From: Octopus bimaculoides
Taxonomy: Eukaryota
DNA: 47,707 nt
Assembly (NCBI RefSeq): GCF_001194135.2
Contig: NC_068988.1
Coordinates: forward strand, 79,009,097 to 79,056,803
Reading direction: 5' to 3'
Of the stretch, positions 24,450-37,795 are shown in pieces (the stretch's first letter is position 1; each line of letters opens with the position of its first letter). Below the pieces are notes generated by a model that saw only the letters and a list, made by a program, of their open reading frames with translations, had not been told where the DNA came from and ran no database searches. The position numbers were made by a program, and so were the translations under genes.

Positions 24450-25500
24450 TTAGGTTAGAAAAAGAAATTCTGTCGCATTTTAAGATGGGAGAGAAGCAAA
24501 TTTTTCTGTGGTCTTTATTGATGTATTTTGAAGATATTTCTTCACATAATTCATAACAAAGTCCCAAGTATTTGACAAATTGTTGATCTCTCGGGAAGAA
24601 CATTCTTCAGGTTTCGAAACAAACACTCAATATCACTTTCAACTTCTACAAAATGAATAAACTGCTTTCTTTCTAAATAATGTTGCAATGAACTTAAAAG
24701 ATGATAGTGAGCTACAGTGAGGTGAAAAGAATGAAGAGGAGGGGGAAAAACTTCCATATTCAATATCATGATCTTTTTTTGAAACACTTGGCAAATATAT
24801 GATCTCATATTACATGGTAAAAGCAGCATTCACTTTATGTTTGACCAATGATAGGCGCTTTTTCTGCAAATTTTATGTAATGCTACCAAATGATATCGAT
24901 ACATCGCATTAACTTTCCTTTTGGCTTAACACTTCTTGATAGGCAGCGCCCTTCATATCCTACCAAACAGAAGGCATTGCTCTTAGGGATGCAATCCGGA
25001 TCTGGGGATAGATTCGGTAGGTGCCTAACCATTGTCATTTTCATTGTATATAGAGAACCAACTTTTCATCATTTGTGAATGTTTTTACCCAGGAAAGGCT
25101 CACTATCAAGTCTACTCTTTGATGACGAGTTACTCTTGGATTAAGCTGAGAAGGAGTCAGATGATGAAGGAACAACTGACCAAATTTAGAAAGTATTTCC
25201 TGGTTTATGAAAGAGGGAAGTATGAGTTGAATTAAATTGTTCACTTTGGATTTTCCTCAACTAAGGTTTTTAGAAGTTCAATATTGACAGAAATCGGTCG
25301 TCCAGATCGAAGAGAATCTATGTGAGAAAAATCTCCCAGGCGAAACTCATCGCATGTCTGGACTGCTAAAGCTTCATTTCCATAGGGAGAACGAATGTTT
25401 CTCGCCACTTCCAATGCTGAAAAGCTCCTTTTGAATTCTTACAGTATATAGTGTCTGATATCGTTCTGAACTAAACTCGTTTTAAAAGGGTTAAAGTCGA
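24450..25500 (-). mobile_element. Degenerate mariner (Tc1/mariner superfamily) DNA transposon
   Basis: Minus-strand remnants include an N-terminal HTH region (EFKRSFSALEVARNI...FRLGDFSHIDSLRSGRP), a DEK-like motif region, and a C-terminus (EVFPPPLHSFHLTVAHYHLLSSLQHYL ~ EVLPHPPYSPDLAPSDYHLFRSLQ). A TIR-like TA-TTAGGTTAGAAAAAG lies at 24448. It has many stops and frameshifts, and the second TIR was not found. Confidence 0.85.
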
Positions 25501-26269
25501 TGCAGATTTTAAAACTATGCTATAAAATAATCTGTGAAGAAAGGAAAATGTATTAGGATGTATAACTTAATGTCTATTTTCCTGTAACTGTTGAAAAGTA
25601 CTCTCTCACACACATATACACGCACATACACACACAAACATATGCACACACATTGTGTGTGTGTATGCATGTTTGTACATTAGAGCTTTTATTGTATGTT
25701 CATGCATTCAGTTTGTATTAACAGCAGATGTATTTTGTTTGTGTTTATATGTGTGTGTTTGTGGGCGAACATGCACACATACACACACATACATACGAGA
25801 TATGTTTGTGTGTGCGTGTGTGTGCGTATCTGTCTGTCTGTTAATCTGTTTCTGTGTTTGTACATAAACTAAATATTCTGAGGAAATATCTTGCTCGGAA
25901 AATTACATTAGTTTTGTATTATAAAATATCTCATTAGGCAGACTTTCAAATATGTCTATATACACATATTTGCAGATACATATGCACACGTATGTTTACA
26001 AACACACACATGCATTAGTGAGCGTATATGTGGATGTGTGTATTTGAATGAATGCCTATGAGTAAATTTGATATGGAAATATCGAGGGTTAAGATATATC
26101 ACCGCCATATATCTGAAAGCTGCTAATTAGTCACATTTTATTCCAGCAGTAACGGACGACCATTTGGCTTTATGCATTTATTTATCGATTAATTTACTTT
26201 AATTTTTCATTTATATATTTTACATTCATTTTAATTACATTGATATAGATAAATATGCATATGTATTTA

Positions 26270-26279
26270 CATATATCTA

Positions 26280-26336
<57 letters not shown>

Positions 26337-26349
26337 GTCTGTCTGTCTA

Positions 26350-26384
<35 letters not shown>

Positions 26385-26434
26385 GCCTGCCTGCCTGTCT
26401 GTTTNNNNNNNNNNCTATCTATCTATCTATCTAT

Positions 26435-26470
<36 letters not shown>

Positions 26471-26535
26471 TTGTCTGTCTGTCTGTCTTTTTATCTATCT
26501 ATCTATCTATCTATATCTATATCTATCTATCTATC

Positions 26536-26566
<31 letters not shown>

Positions 26567-26567
26567 G

Positions 26568-26598
<31 letters not shown>

Positions 26599-26725
26599 AT
26601 GTACATCCATGCACACATATATATGCATGTATATCAGCATGCGTACATGCATAAATGTGTGTGTTTCTATGCATGTGTGTTGTGTGTGTGTGTGTGTGTG
26701 TGCGTGTGCGCGCGCATGTGTGTGT
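26270..26725. repeat. Compound (CTAT)/(CTGT)/(TA)/(CA)/(TG) microsatellite
   Basis: Directly visible; contains a 10-N gap. Confidence 0.95.
26405..26414. other. Assembly gap (N run)
   Basis: Ns in sequence. Confidence 1.
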
Positions 26726-27300
26726 TAGAAGTTACAAAGGGAAATTTAAAATGGAAAAAAGCAAGGACAAAAAGGTTGAAGAGGGTGAGAGAGAGATAGA
26801 GAGAGAGATATAGACAGACAGAGAAGGCAAAATGAGTGAGCGAGCGAGCGAGTGAGTGAGTGAGTGAGTGAGTGAGTGAGTGATGGGGTGAGTCTGTGAG
26901 TAATAGGTAAAAAAGAAAGCGAGAGAGAGAAAATGTATATTAAAAATTAATACATATTTAACTGAAAACAATACTGCTCGAGGGGGAAACATTGTTTACT
27001 TTATTGTTATAAGTACATTAAGAGTAGGAGAGGAGGCATAAGAGGAGTAAGAGAAGAAGGGCTGGATGTGAAGTAGGGGGGAACGGAGGGGCAAGGAGGA
27101 TATTTATTCATTCAAAAGAGAAATAATAAATAAGAAAATAATTAAGAAATAAATAATTTAACTTAATAAATAAGAAAAAAGTAAATTGAATAAATGAATA
27201 AATGAAAAATTAAATGGCGCGCCATACGATATTACATATATGTATGCACATACACACATATAAATGCGTGGTTGTATGGTTGAATGTATGAGCATATCAT

Positions 27301-27331
<31 letters not shown>

Positions 27332-27871
27332 ATGTGTGTGTGTGTATAGAGAGAGAGAGAGAGTCATACATACATACATACATACATACATACACACATA
27401 CATACATGTATATATACATATATGCACACGTGTGTCAGATATAGGGAGAGGAAAACAAGCAGACAAACAGACAGACAGACAGACGGAGACAAAGACAGAA
27501 TATGAGAAAAGGCGTGTATGGGAGACGAGAACGGTAAGTGGTGGCAGTTAGGTGCGTAGCAAATGAAAGTGAATAGAAAGACAGCAAATTAAATAGAAAA
27601 TGAAGTCAATAATTACAGAATAATTTATTGGAATGCTGCAAATTCAATGACAGTGGGAGTGGTGGAGCTGATAGAGATAGGTTTGATTGTCATTGAGATG
27701 GTTTTGATGATAGTGTTGGCGATGATGTTTGCCTCCTTATATGTATACATACAGATATGAACTCATACATACACAAATATGAAGAGACACGCTCACCGTT
27801 AGGTTTCTTGAAATAAATTTGTCTCAATGTCTGATACTTATTTATATACAACACACACACACACACACACA

Positions 27872-27955
27872 NNNNNNNNNNNNNNNNNNNNNNNNNNNNN
27901 NNNNNNNNNNNNNNNNNNNNNNNNNNNNNNNNNNNNNNNNNNNNNNNNNNNNNNN
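27872..27955. other. Assembly gap (N run)
   Basis: Ns in sequence. Confidence 1.
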
Positions 27956-28369
27956 GACACATACAATTATAAACATACTCACATACAGACACATACACGT
28001 ACAAACACGTACATACACAGGTACTGATTGCCATGGATGTTGTTTTGTTTTATGTCATAGATTTGACCGAATCTACGATAAAATGCGTTCTATCCATGAT
28101 TTAGATACGGTACTTTGAGACAACGCCATACGATACTAAGATATCTAGCTAAGCTTAATCCAAGCGACAGCCACTTTCTCCTCTAATCTTCAGGCTCTCT
28201 TCAGGTTTACCTTAAGATTACTTTCGGAAACTTTTTTCTTTTCATTTTTTTTCTTCTTTTTTTTTTTGAGAAAAAGGCTATACTCGTGAGTGCACGTATT
28301 GAGTGCTTTAATCTGTAGCAACACGAAACCTTTATAACAACGACTATTCGTTGAAACACTCACGCCTTC

Positions 28370-28600
28370 AAAACAATCTAAAATGTTGCTGGAAAAAGTG
28401 GAAAATCTGTTTACACGTATGCGTTGGAAAATTTTACTTTTTGATATTGAGATGACATTCATAGCCACAGAACATATGGACACAGAATACCTGCCTTCAA
28501 GAGTTAAGGATTTAGCCCATGTCACAGCAGAGCCCTAAACATAGTATCCAACATGCAGTTACGCATGAAGATAACAAAGCATTAGAATATTTAAGAATTC
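28370..28600 (+). mobile_element. Penelope-like element, N-terminal ORF remnant
   Basis: LLEKVENLFTRMRWKILLFD resembles the PLE N-terminal motif (IEK.E..IKRMRWKA.FF). Confidence 0.55.
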
Positions 28601-29279
28601 TAAAAGTAGGTTTGTCTTATTCAATAAAGCGAATCTTCGTATATGGCATACAAAAGGACAAATATGGCACATTGTTTCATGATAGCATTTCGTACAGGAA
28701 TTGAAAAAAGGCGACCTATAAGATTTATTGCAATGTGAATGAAGAAGCCAAATGCCTTAACAAATGGTTCATAATAGACAACTGAACATAACGTTTAGTT
28801 AAGAGAGAAGTGTCTATCTCTAAATATACGTTCATAAGCCTTAATTCACTCATAAACCCACTTGTAAACTAATAAAATCTGCCAAAACAGACAGCTTTAG
28901 TAAACTGAAAGTTTACTAAAGTATAGTATAACTAACAAATTTAAAAGAATAACTGGACTTCCATAGTACGCAAACAGTAGAATAGTTACTAAATGGAATA
29001 AGACTAGATCTAGAGATCACGATATCGTAAAATGTTACCATTCGGTATTGAGACCCACGCCATTTAACATCCCAGTAGATACGTCAGAATCGATGATTAA
29101 AATATCGAGATTATTATGCATACACGTAAGAAATCCTATTCTTCCAGAGTCGGCTTGAGTCAAATAGTATGAACCTGATGACATATGAGACGTCTCAATG
29201 GGCTTTTATACTTTAATAGACTTATACTTACGTAGCAGTAATGGCTATTTTCGAGTTAACATATGAAAAATTCTAAAGG

Positions 29280-29800
29280 CTGTTTTTAATAACATAGTAA
29301 TTGAATATAACAGTTGCTAATAATTTAACTAAGGTTAACTTTCTAGAAACTTCTTTAGACCTACATTTCGATATTTACAAACCCAATGAGAAATTTAGAG
29401 GTATAAATAGGCAATCTTGCCACCCCACTATTCTATCTAGAAGTCTTATAGGCAATATTACTTCAAGAAAGAATACCTCACCTCCTCTAAAGAAATCTTC
29501 GATAAGGTGACTCTTTATTACATTAAGGCTCTAGCAAATGCTGAATTCAAACATATGATCTCATGCACCAACACACGTTCATAAGCCCAGAACAGACCGG
29601 GAAACATAATACGATTCATACCGCTTCCCTTGACTCTCGGAAAATTAAGACTAACCGAGGGTGAAATTTCCTGGTTCTGCTAGATAAGAATTTCCTTGAC
29701 AGTCATAGGTACAAAAAGAAAGATCTTCAATAGTCGTTCTGGGAAAACTTATCGTTAGAGTCCTGAAATGAAGATAATTATTTCAAGCAGACCCACCAAG
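29280..29800 (+). mobile_element. Penelope-like element, RT thumb/linker remnant
   Basis: LNITVANNLTKVNFLETSLDLHFDIYKP...INRQSCHPTI...KSSIR and the downstream RNII.F.P-like motif match PLE RT C-terminal motifs. Homologous to 41500-41660. Confidence 0.75.
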
Positions 29801-30587
29801 TGTATAATTCCAGATTGTCTTTCAGTTATTCTCAATCCTCAGCATGCGACTGAGAGTCTACCTAGTTTAATGGGGAACAGATCTTTGGCAAGTCGTGGTG
29901 AAATGCATTTCGGTTTTACCACTTTTGGTGGAAACACATTATGTTATTCTTATGTATGTATGTATGTATGTATGTTTCTATGTATGTATGTATGTATGTA
30001 TGTATGTCATTATTCAGTTTATTTCAAGATTTCTTGCCAATAGAGAGAAAGAGTCGGTTTCTAACCTTGGAATTTCAACATCAGAAGAGTATGTATGTAT
30101 GTATGTATGTATGTATGTATGTATGTTATATATGCAGATTTGTTTGTTTTCTTTTATATCTCTCTATCTATCTCTCTATCTATCTAACTAACTAACTAAC
30201 TATCTACACGTACACACACACACAGACACACACACACACACACACACACTTTATTTATTCACTCTCATTTGTTTGTTATTTTATTAAGTTACTTCTCTAC
30301 TTCACTCACTGTCTTAGAGTTCCCTTTTCTTCATTTTCCTTCTCTCTTCCACTCGTAATGTTTTTTCTTCATTCATTCTTTTTTGCCATGCTTCGCTAAA
30401 TTTCTCTACCATGTCTAGCTGGCTGGATGATTGCTGAATCTCTCCCTAGCCCTCCCTCCACGTCTTTCTCTCTATTCTCTCTCTCCTTCCCTCTCCCTCT
30501 TTCTCTCATTCTCTCTCCCTCTTCCTCACACCCTATTTATTTACTCCATCTCTCTATAATACTTTTTTCAATCTTTGTTTTATGCGT

Positions 30588-30790
30588 GTATTCTCATGCA
30601 TATAGTTGCATGTCTAAACATGTTTCTATATACTTAAAGGATAAACTTCTGAAAAGTTTTACAGATTTTTTGAAGTTTCATTGATGGCTTCGATCTATAG
30701 TCTTCGAATCAGCATTTTCCTTTCTGGTTTTGAGAAGCCTAATTTCTCAAGATTGGTATTTAGGCAGTGTATTTCATATCCCAGGGATCT
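30588..30790 (-). mobile_element. Second, more decayed 3' end of the same REL LINE family
   Basis: Shares cctaatttctcaagattggtattta, gataaacttctg and the terminus tattctcatgc with 16861-17060. Confidence 0.8.
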
Positions 30791-31536
30791 CTCAGCACAG
30801 TCACTATTTTCTTCTATTTGTGGATTTATTGTATTTCAGCTGAAGTAAGCACCACCGGGGCTTCTTGTAAAGCGTGAGAAACTCGTTCGTTCTGCAGAGA
30901 AAACACTGTCACTATCATAGGGATTACGTATACAGCGAGTCTAAATATATGTTTATTAAGCGCATGCATGTAAATTTATTTACAATTTCTCCAGAAGCAC
31001 GCTGTCTCGGCTTTTTAATTAGTAACATATATTCTACATTCGACACGATATTTATACTTCCAAACTTGCTATCTTCTCTCTATTTTCTTACATGCCTCCT
31101 GTGGTAGCTAAATTGTATCAGTTACATTTTGATACAATCTAACTACGACGCAGTTATTTATACTATACATATATACACATATATAAACATATCATTCACA
31201 CTTACAAAAAGCACAACCTAACACATGAACATACATACAAATCAGAACGCATGTGTATATGTGTGCGCGGGCGTGTGTATAGTTAGATGTAAATGATTAC
31301 AAAGCGTACACAATTCATGTAGCAGAGGTTATATATATGAAACACCTAATGATTCAATCTGCGCTACCACTCAGTGTTTCTCCATACGTGTGCTCGTTCA
31401 GCGATCCATATACACACGCACTTAAACAGAAATACATCTAGTCCGTCCATGAAAGAGAGAATACTAGAGTCGATAGAATCAACTAACCTCTTCTCCTAAA
31501 ACTTACTGACCTTGTTCAAAATTAGAAAGGATATTA

Positions 31537-31587
<51 letters not shown>

Positions 31588-31790
31588 GAACTGGCAGAGT
31601 CATTAGCACACCAGGCAAAATGCATCGCAGTATTTCATCCATCTTTATGTTCTGAGTTCATGTACAACCGAAATCGTTTTGCCTTTCATCCTCTCGGGGT
31701 CGATAAAATAAGTACCAGTTGAGTACTGGGTGCAATGTGATCGACTTACCCCGAATAAGGAAATTGCTGCCCTTGTTCCAAAATTTGAAG
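31588..31790 (+). mobile_element. tRNA-derived SINE (family A), near full length, flanked by (TTA)n
   Basis: ctggcagagtcattagcacaccaggcaaaatgc...ctgagttca...tttgcctttcatcctctcggggtcgataaaataagtaccagttgagtactggg, multi-copy in the window. Confidence 0.8.
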
Positions 31791-32199
31791 TCATTATTGT
31801 TGTTATTATTGTTGTTGTTCTTGCTATTATTTTGTAAGTGAGTAGAAGGTGACTGAATTACAGGAACGCCGAACGAAATGCTTTTTTTTATTTTCCTGAT
31901 TATTTTCCCTCTACCCACCACACACAAACTCACATGTATATACATATGCACATTAGGCATGTGTGAGCGTGTATATATATAATATATGCATACAAGTATT
32001 TACATATATTCACAAACGCTCATGTGCATATACACACATGTGTATGCATATATATATATAAAAAAAGACTTCCCAAGCGTTAAACTAATACATCTGTTTG
32101 TTGTCTACATCACCCGTCTTTGTCTTTTTTTTTTTGTGAATTCTCACTATAAATATATATATATATATATATATATGCGTGTATATGTGTGAATGTATT

Positions 32200-33100
32200 T
32201 CATATACATTTTGCTCTGCGGGACATTCTCTTCAGTAGCTTTCCACTGGATATCCCAACAATGTCTACATCTCCCGTAAGTGCTGTTCCCTGTTGCGGCG
32301 GCAGGCAGCATTAAAACTACCAAGAAATGTTTACGTACTTTTGGTCCAGCTAGTAAAGATGTCTCTTTACCCATATTCATACAGCTACTCGGGAAGCAGC
32401 TGCAACAATTTCATCTATGGCTGAAACTTTTATGTTTTACTATTCATGAGAATTTGCCCTTTACTCTCATCTCACATATCCCTGCCGTTATCGCTAGGAA
32501 AACATTTCATCTCCATTTCACGATTGGCGGGTCCGTTATCCTTCCTATGTTCATTGCCAGACTGGTTGGACATTGTAGATTTTGCTACAATCTCATTACA
32601 TTCTATATCTCCCGGAATCATACCCAGCCATCTTTGTGTCCCGCGCGATTTACTAAGATAGCCAGAGCAGTCTACATTAGTTGTTCCCTCTCTTTCATGT
32701 TCCCATTCTATATTGCTATTTGAAGGTACCATATGTTCATCAGTCTGAAGTGTTCTGTCAAAAGTCACACAATGCAGTAAGACCAGTTGCTTTGTTATTG
32801 CAACATGTCTTAAGAACACGATTACTTCTTCCAAATCCATTTGAAATATCTAATCATTAACTCTATTAAATGTCGGGGTGTCGGCTTTTCTTTGTTTATT
32901 CTTCTGCGTTGTCTTTCTTCGATCCTCCCCGATATTTTGTAGGTAAAACAAGATACAACTTGTATTTTACACCAGCAAAGGTACCGACGACTTCGTTATG
33001 CCACTAGGTATATTTTGAAATGGATAACTTAAGCTCTGCCAAAAAATATTTCACTGATGACGATCAGTGACATCACTCAAGCTCCACTACATAATATTTG
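32200..33100 (-). mobile_element. Highly degenerate RTE-like LINE, AP-endonuclease region
   Basis: Scattered motif remnants across frames: TPTFNRVND*IFQMDLEEVI (~YAPT...FY.DLE), GNMKERE (~G..NERG), MIPGDIECNEI (~SPGD..NQID), ICEMRVK. Confidence 0.45.
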
Positions 33101-36100
33101 CTATCGATCAAAGTACAGTGTACATTACTTTCTAGAGAAATTACAACATGGCTATCTCCAGTTTACACAATATGCTCGAGGATTGCTTCCCTTGCTCAAC
33201 TGTTTATTATGCTGCTCACACACATTGCTTTCAGGCACGAGTTTTCTCGCCCGAGAAATTTATTTGTTTGATATGTGTCCCAGTCAATGGCGTCTCCTCT
33301 ATCTATTTCATTTCTAGAGTGATCTCAACCACCAGATTCACTCACACTCCATTTCTTTCATGCCCAAACTATTCGCTGGGTCGAACGTTTTGTGGGATTC
33401 AACGATTACCTTAGAACCATGTGGTAGTGGGCTTTAGCAATATTAACCTCTTCCATTAGCAATCTTAAAGACAGTAGATGTTCTGCAATAATCCTTTTAT
33501 ATGTAGCTTGTAACCAAACTACTTTCATAGAAACTTGGTAGAACATTTTCCCATTTTTCTTTATTGTTATGAACTGGAGCGGTCATAGGTGATTCAGCAA
33601 AAGGCCATGCTGTTAATGTGAATTATTGCTTCCACTTTGTCTCAATCTCAATACACCTATTGGCATAATTTAAGAGTTATGCAGAGATTCAACCATCGTC
33701 ACTGAATTCTGTCAAAGGGGGATCATACACTTAGTCTTGCATTACGGTCAGATTACGACGACTTCGAGCATTCGTGTCATAATGACAATGCTGGAAGAAC
33801 TCATCATGGCGGGTTACGAAAGATTTTACAATGGCGAAAGCATATTTTTAAAATTCTGGAAAATATAACATAACATTTTGGGAAGAATTTAATAGATTTT
33901 TTAAAAAATATGGTTTATATGTGTATAGTTTGTAAAGAGACTAAAATACAAAAATTCAATAAAAGCCAGTGCTGATTGGCTGTTATTTTTTGCATTCTCA
34001 TTGTTTCTTTTTTGTTGGGTAGAAGGCGTATTTTATATTTGCTCATTCAATCTAGATTTATTGTGCTACGTAATGGTGTTTTGTTAAGTTTGTTTCGGAG
34101 TTTTCTAATGTTGTCAGGGAATTGACAAAAGAACAGTTTTAACAAGATTATTAAATCTAAAATGACAAAAACAAATTTAAAATAGTTGCAGTCCTTTGAC
34201 CAAAGGCATTCCGGCCATGACCTTCATGTGTTATATTTTAAGAAAAAGTTTACTCAAAGTAATTTATTCCTATTTCTTTGAGGTTTTTTTTTTTTAAATA
34301 TTAGTGTGATTTGAATTATTTCTAGCTAACTGAGTAGTCATATAAAGCCCACTTTGTAGGCTGGCAATATAAAGACCAAGATAGGCAAGACAGAAAAGAA
34401 TACTTGGACATATTATGCTCCTTGTAACATTCAAGGGAAACCACATGTTTTTCACCAATCTGATGTAATTTTGAAATAAATTCTGAAATGTGCTTCGCTG
34501 TTTGTTAAGATTCTTAAAGCTATTTCATATAACGCCTTAAACTTCTCTGATAAACGTAGGTAACGCAGTTCATTCTCGATATGTTTGATTTATGTTTCTC
34601 TCTTTGGCTCTAATCATAAGTTTGGATAGAATCACTTGATTTATGAGTCTGACATACTTTTTCAAGAATGATGCGAAAACCTGATAGATGTACAGTTCTT
34701 CAGCTTTTTTTCTTTAACTGTCAAGGATACATGCACCAAAGGAACAAATAGTTCTATTACATTCTTTCTTCCAGCTGTCAAATTCAACATATGCTGATCG
34801 TTACTTTCTTTTAGTCGAGTTTTCAATACTGCCCCACTTTCAAAATGAAGTCTAATAGTTATCCTGCAAAGTTCATTCATTACCAACGGACGATTCTATC
34901 ACCTTCGTGTTTTCATACATATAGAATACTGGATACTTTTTTAAATGTTCTTCACTTTTCAATTATATTCACTTTTTAATTATATGCACGGTGAATGGGA
35001 TCGTGTAGGAATACAATATCTCATTGTAATGTTACTACTGGGTCACGCAGATCAATGAAGGTATATAACAATTTTTATGTGTCACCAGGTTGATGAAGTT
35101 CTATCTATAGGCTTTCAATATAGCTGTAGCATAATTCTTCCTCGAAACACATGAAGCGGAGATCTATCTTTTGAAAACAATTTAAAAAGTTTTACACATA
35201 GTTTAAGAAAATACTAGACACCACATCTTTTCATATATATTTAAATGTTAGACAATACGAAAACTCTTTCTTGATAAAAAATATATATAATCCTGTGATG
35301 CATTTAACTTTTCGCCAGATCTTTTCATTATTGAAAGCTTTTTATTGTATATTTGCTTTTAGAAAGTCAGACAAAATTCGTATGTTGATATATTATTTTT
35401 TGATTTAATATATGGATTTTCTTTTCTCTATAAATCTACCATTAAATTTCAACATCACAACTATTCCATCAAATAAAACACATATTCCGCTTTGCATCAG
35501 ATATTGTTTTTATAACAAAAATCTTAAGCATGTTTTGAGAAATATGGCGAGGCTCAGTGAGAGGCGAAGAGTAATACGCAAGACTTTTTACATAGACAAA
35601 GCAAGATTTATGCTATATCCTTAGACAAGAAGCATGATCTAATTGCTTACAACTGCCTGACCTTCACTATGGACACCAGAACGTCGGCTTAGAACGTGTA
35701 CGATACCCGTCTATCCAATTTCACACACAAGCTCTGGTTTGATCTTCCCCAGTGTGCCAAATAATGTAGTTCAACTCAGAACTACATTATTGCCAACCAA
35801 ACTTCTTAAGCACCAAGCCATTACTTGCTTTATGAAGTCAAATAATTTCATCCTATATTTTAAAGGAATTCCTCATCGATATATCAAAATTTCTGAAGCC
35901 AAGAGCCATCGTATGCAACTGACATTGTAAACAAGTTGTAACTATATAAAATACAAACATCATAAACATACACGCGCGCGAGCGCACGCACACACACAAA
36001 CACACACACACTCGCACGCACGCACATGCTCATACACACACACACACACACACACACGTGTATGTGCGTGTATTTATTTTAAATTCTTTTAATTGTTTTT

Positions 36101-37586
36101 GCGATTGTACTGTTTACTTTTAGTAATTAGATCTTTTCTCGACTGTGATGGTGATAGATGGGAGTGTTTGCTTCTGTGCTCTGTGTGTCCCAAGCAAGCG
36201 TGTGTATCTGTTTGTGTCAAGAAGCTACATCAAGATCAATTTTACCATTTGTAAATAAGTGCGATATATGTCAGTGAGATGGCGCCTCCAAGCACGTCAC
36301 GTGATTCGAATGCAATGTTGAATATGAGATAAAATATACGTGTATCAATACTGAATTCTTTCTCTGTTTATTTGTAAGCAAATAGTGTTTGTAATTTGTA
36401 ACCCTGATGTTAACAGATATTACCTTGGCAATAAATATATAAGATAAAGAAACATTTTGCTTGTCAATTAGAGACATAGCCTTTCAAATCTGTGTCGAAT
36501 GTATTTTTCAGAGACCTGAACACGCAAAGGTTAATTATGACAGGAAAACTTGAATAGAATAGATCAGCCTCCCAGTCTACTACTGGTATTTCTTAAAATC
36601 GTTCTAGGATGAATGAAAAGTAAATTTAAAGCATTTAGTTCACTGCTACACATTTACAAATCTGATTCTCTTTAGTTCTTTTTTTAGAAATTACATTCAG
36701 AATTCCATCAAAGCACACGTCATCGTCTTATAAAAGGAAAGACCTGGTGTAATCTTCGTGATATATAAAATAATCCCTTTAATCATAAATCTGCTCGATT
36801 TTTCTCTGATCTGCTGTTAAACAATTAAATTACTGTGTGCTCCGTAGGAAGTTCTACATGATCATTCAACATGCTAGAAATAGCTGCTAAATCTACCTTT
36901 GGTCACATTGTTTTGTCTTAAAAGTTCAAAAAGACATTAGATAACGCTGTGGGAGATAATCGTACAGTTGGTATCGCGGTGGCTGAAATACTTTTATCTG
37001 CTTAATTAGGAGAACCTGGGGCTTAAATAAATAAATAAATATATACTAGATAACATATGAAACTAAATAAACTCCTAATTTCACAAGTTTTCTTTATTTT
37101 CGTTTTATATTTCTATTTTCCCTTTATCAGTTTTAATCGAAGCTGTCAATTTTTAGAATGTCAATTCTTAAATTGTGTTTGCTCTAGTTAAATTGATGAA
37201 TTAATTAACTATAAACTCAAAACAGAAATTTAATGATTGCATTCATTTCAAATATAATAAAAAATAAAAAGTTAAATATTTAAAGTCGTCGTCTTTGTTT
37301 TTGTTGTTGTTGTTGCTTTGCCGCAATAAAATTCTGATCTAGTAAACATGCAGTCAAATGTTTCTTCACCGTGACATTTATATCTTATTTTGTGACATAG
37401 AATAATTGAGACTACCATTTTTTATTCTCTTTTCTGTTTTTTTAAATGGTAAAGTGTGATGGAATGTCCACTCAAAGACCACCATGCTGGTTCATATTAT
37501 GACTAATTAAACCAAGTAATTCATTTAGCACCTTCTCTATATACTTTGCAATAAACTTTAATAACTCTTCTTATTAAGTTTCTCTA

Positions 37587-37795
37587 AAGCGGTGAGCCGG
37601 ACAAAATGCTAAGCGGCATGTCTTACGTCTGTACATTCGGAGTTCAAATGCCACCGAAATCGAGTTTACCTTTCATCCTTTCGGAGTCGACAAAATAAGT
37701 ACCAGTTGATCAATGAGGTGAATGTAATTCGACCTCACCCACGAAACAAAAGAGAAAGGAAGTTAATTCTGGCCTTGTGCTTGTAGCAGAAAAGA
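37587..37795 (+). mobile_element. tRNA-derived SINE (family A)
   Basis: aaagcggtgagccggacaaaatgctaagcggc...ggagttcaaat...tttcatcctttcggagtcgacaaaataagtaccagttg. Confidence 0.8.

Noticed and set aside
28160-28230. Tandem CTGAAGA and GAAAGT motifs on the minus strand upstream of the PLE remnant
   Set aside because: No convincing helix II or helix I pairing.
35085-35160. TGATGAAG...CGAAAC hammerhead-like spacing
   Set aside because: It lacks C3 of the core and coherent helices.
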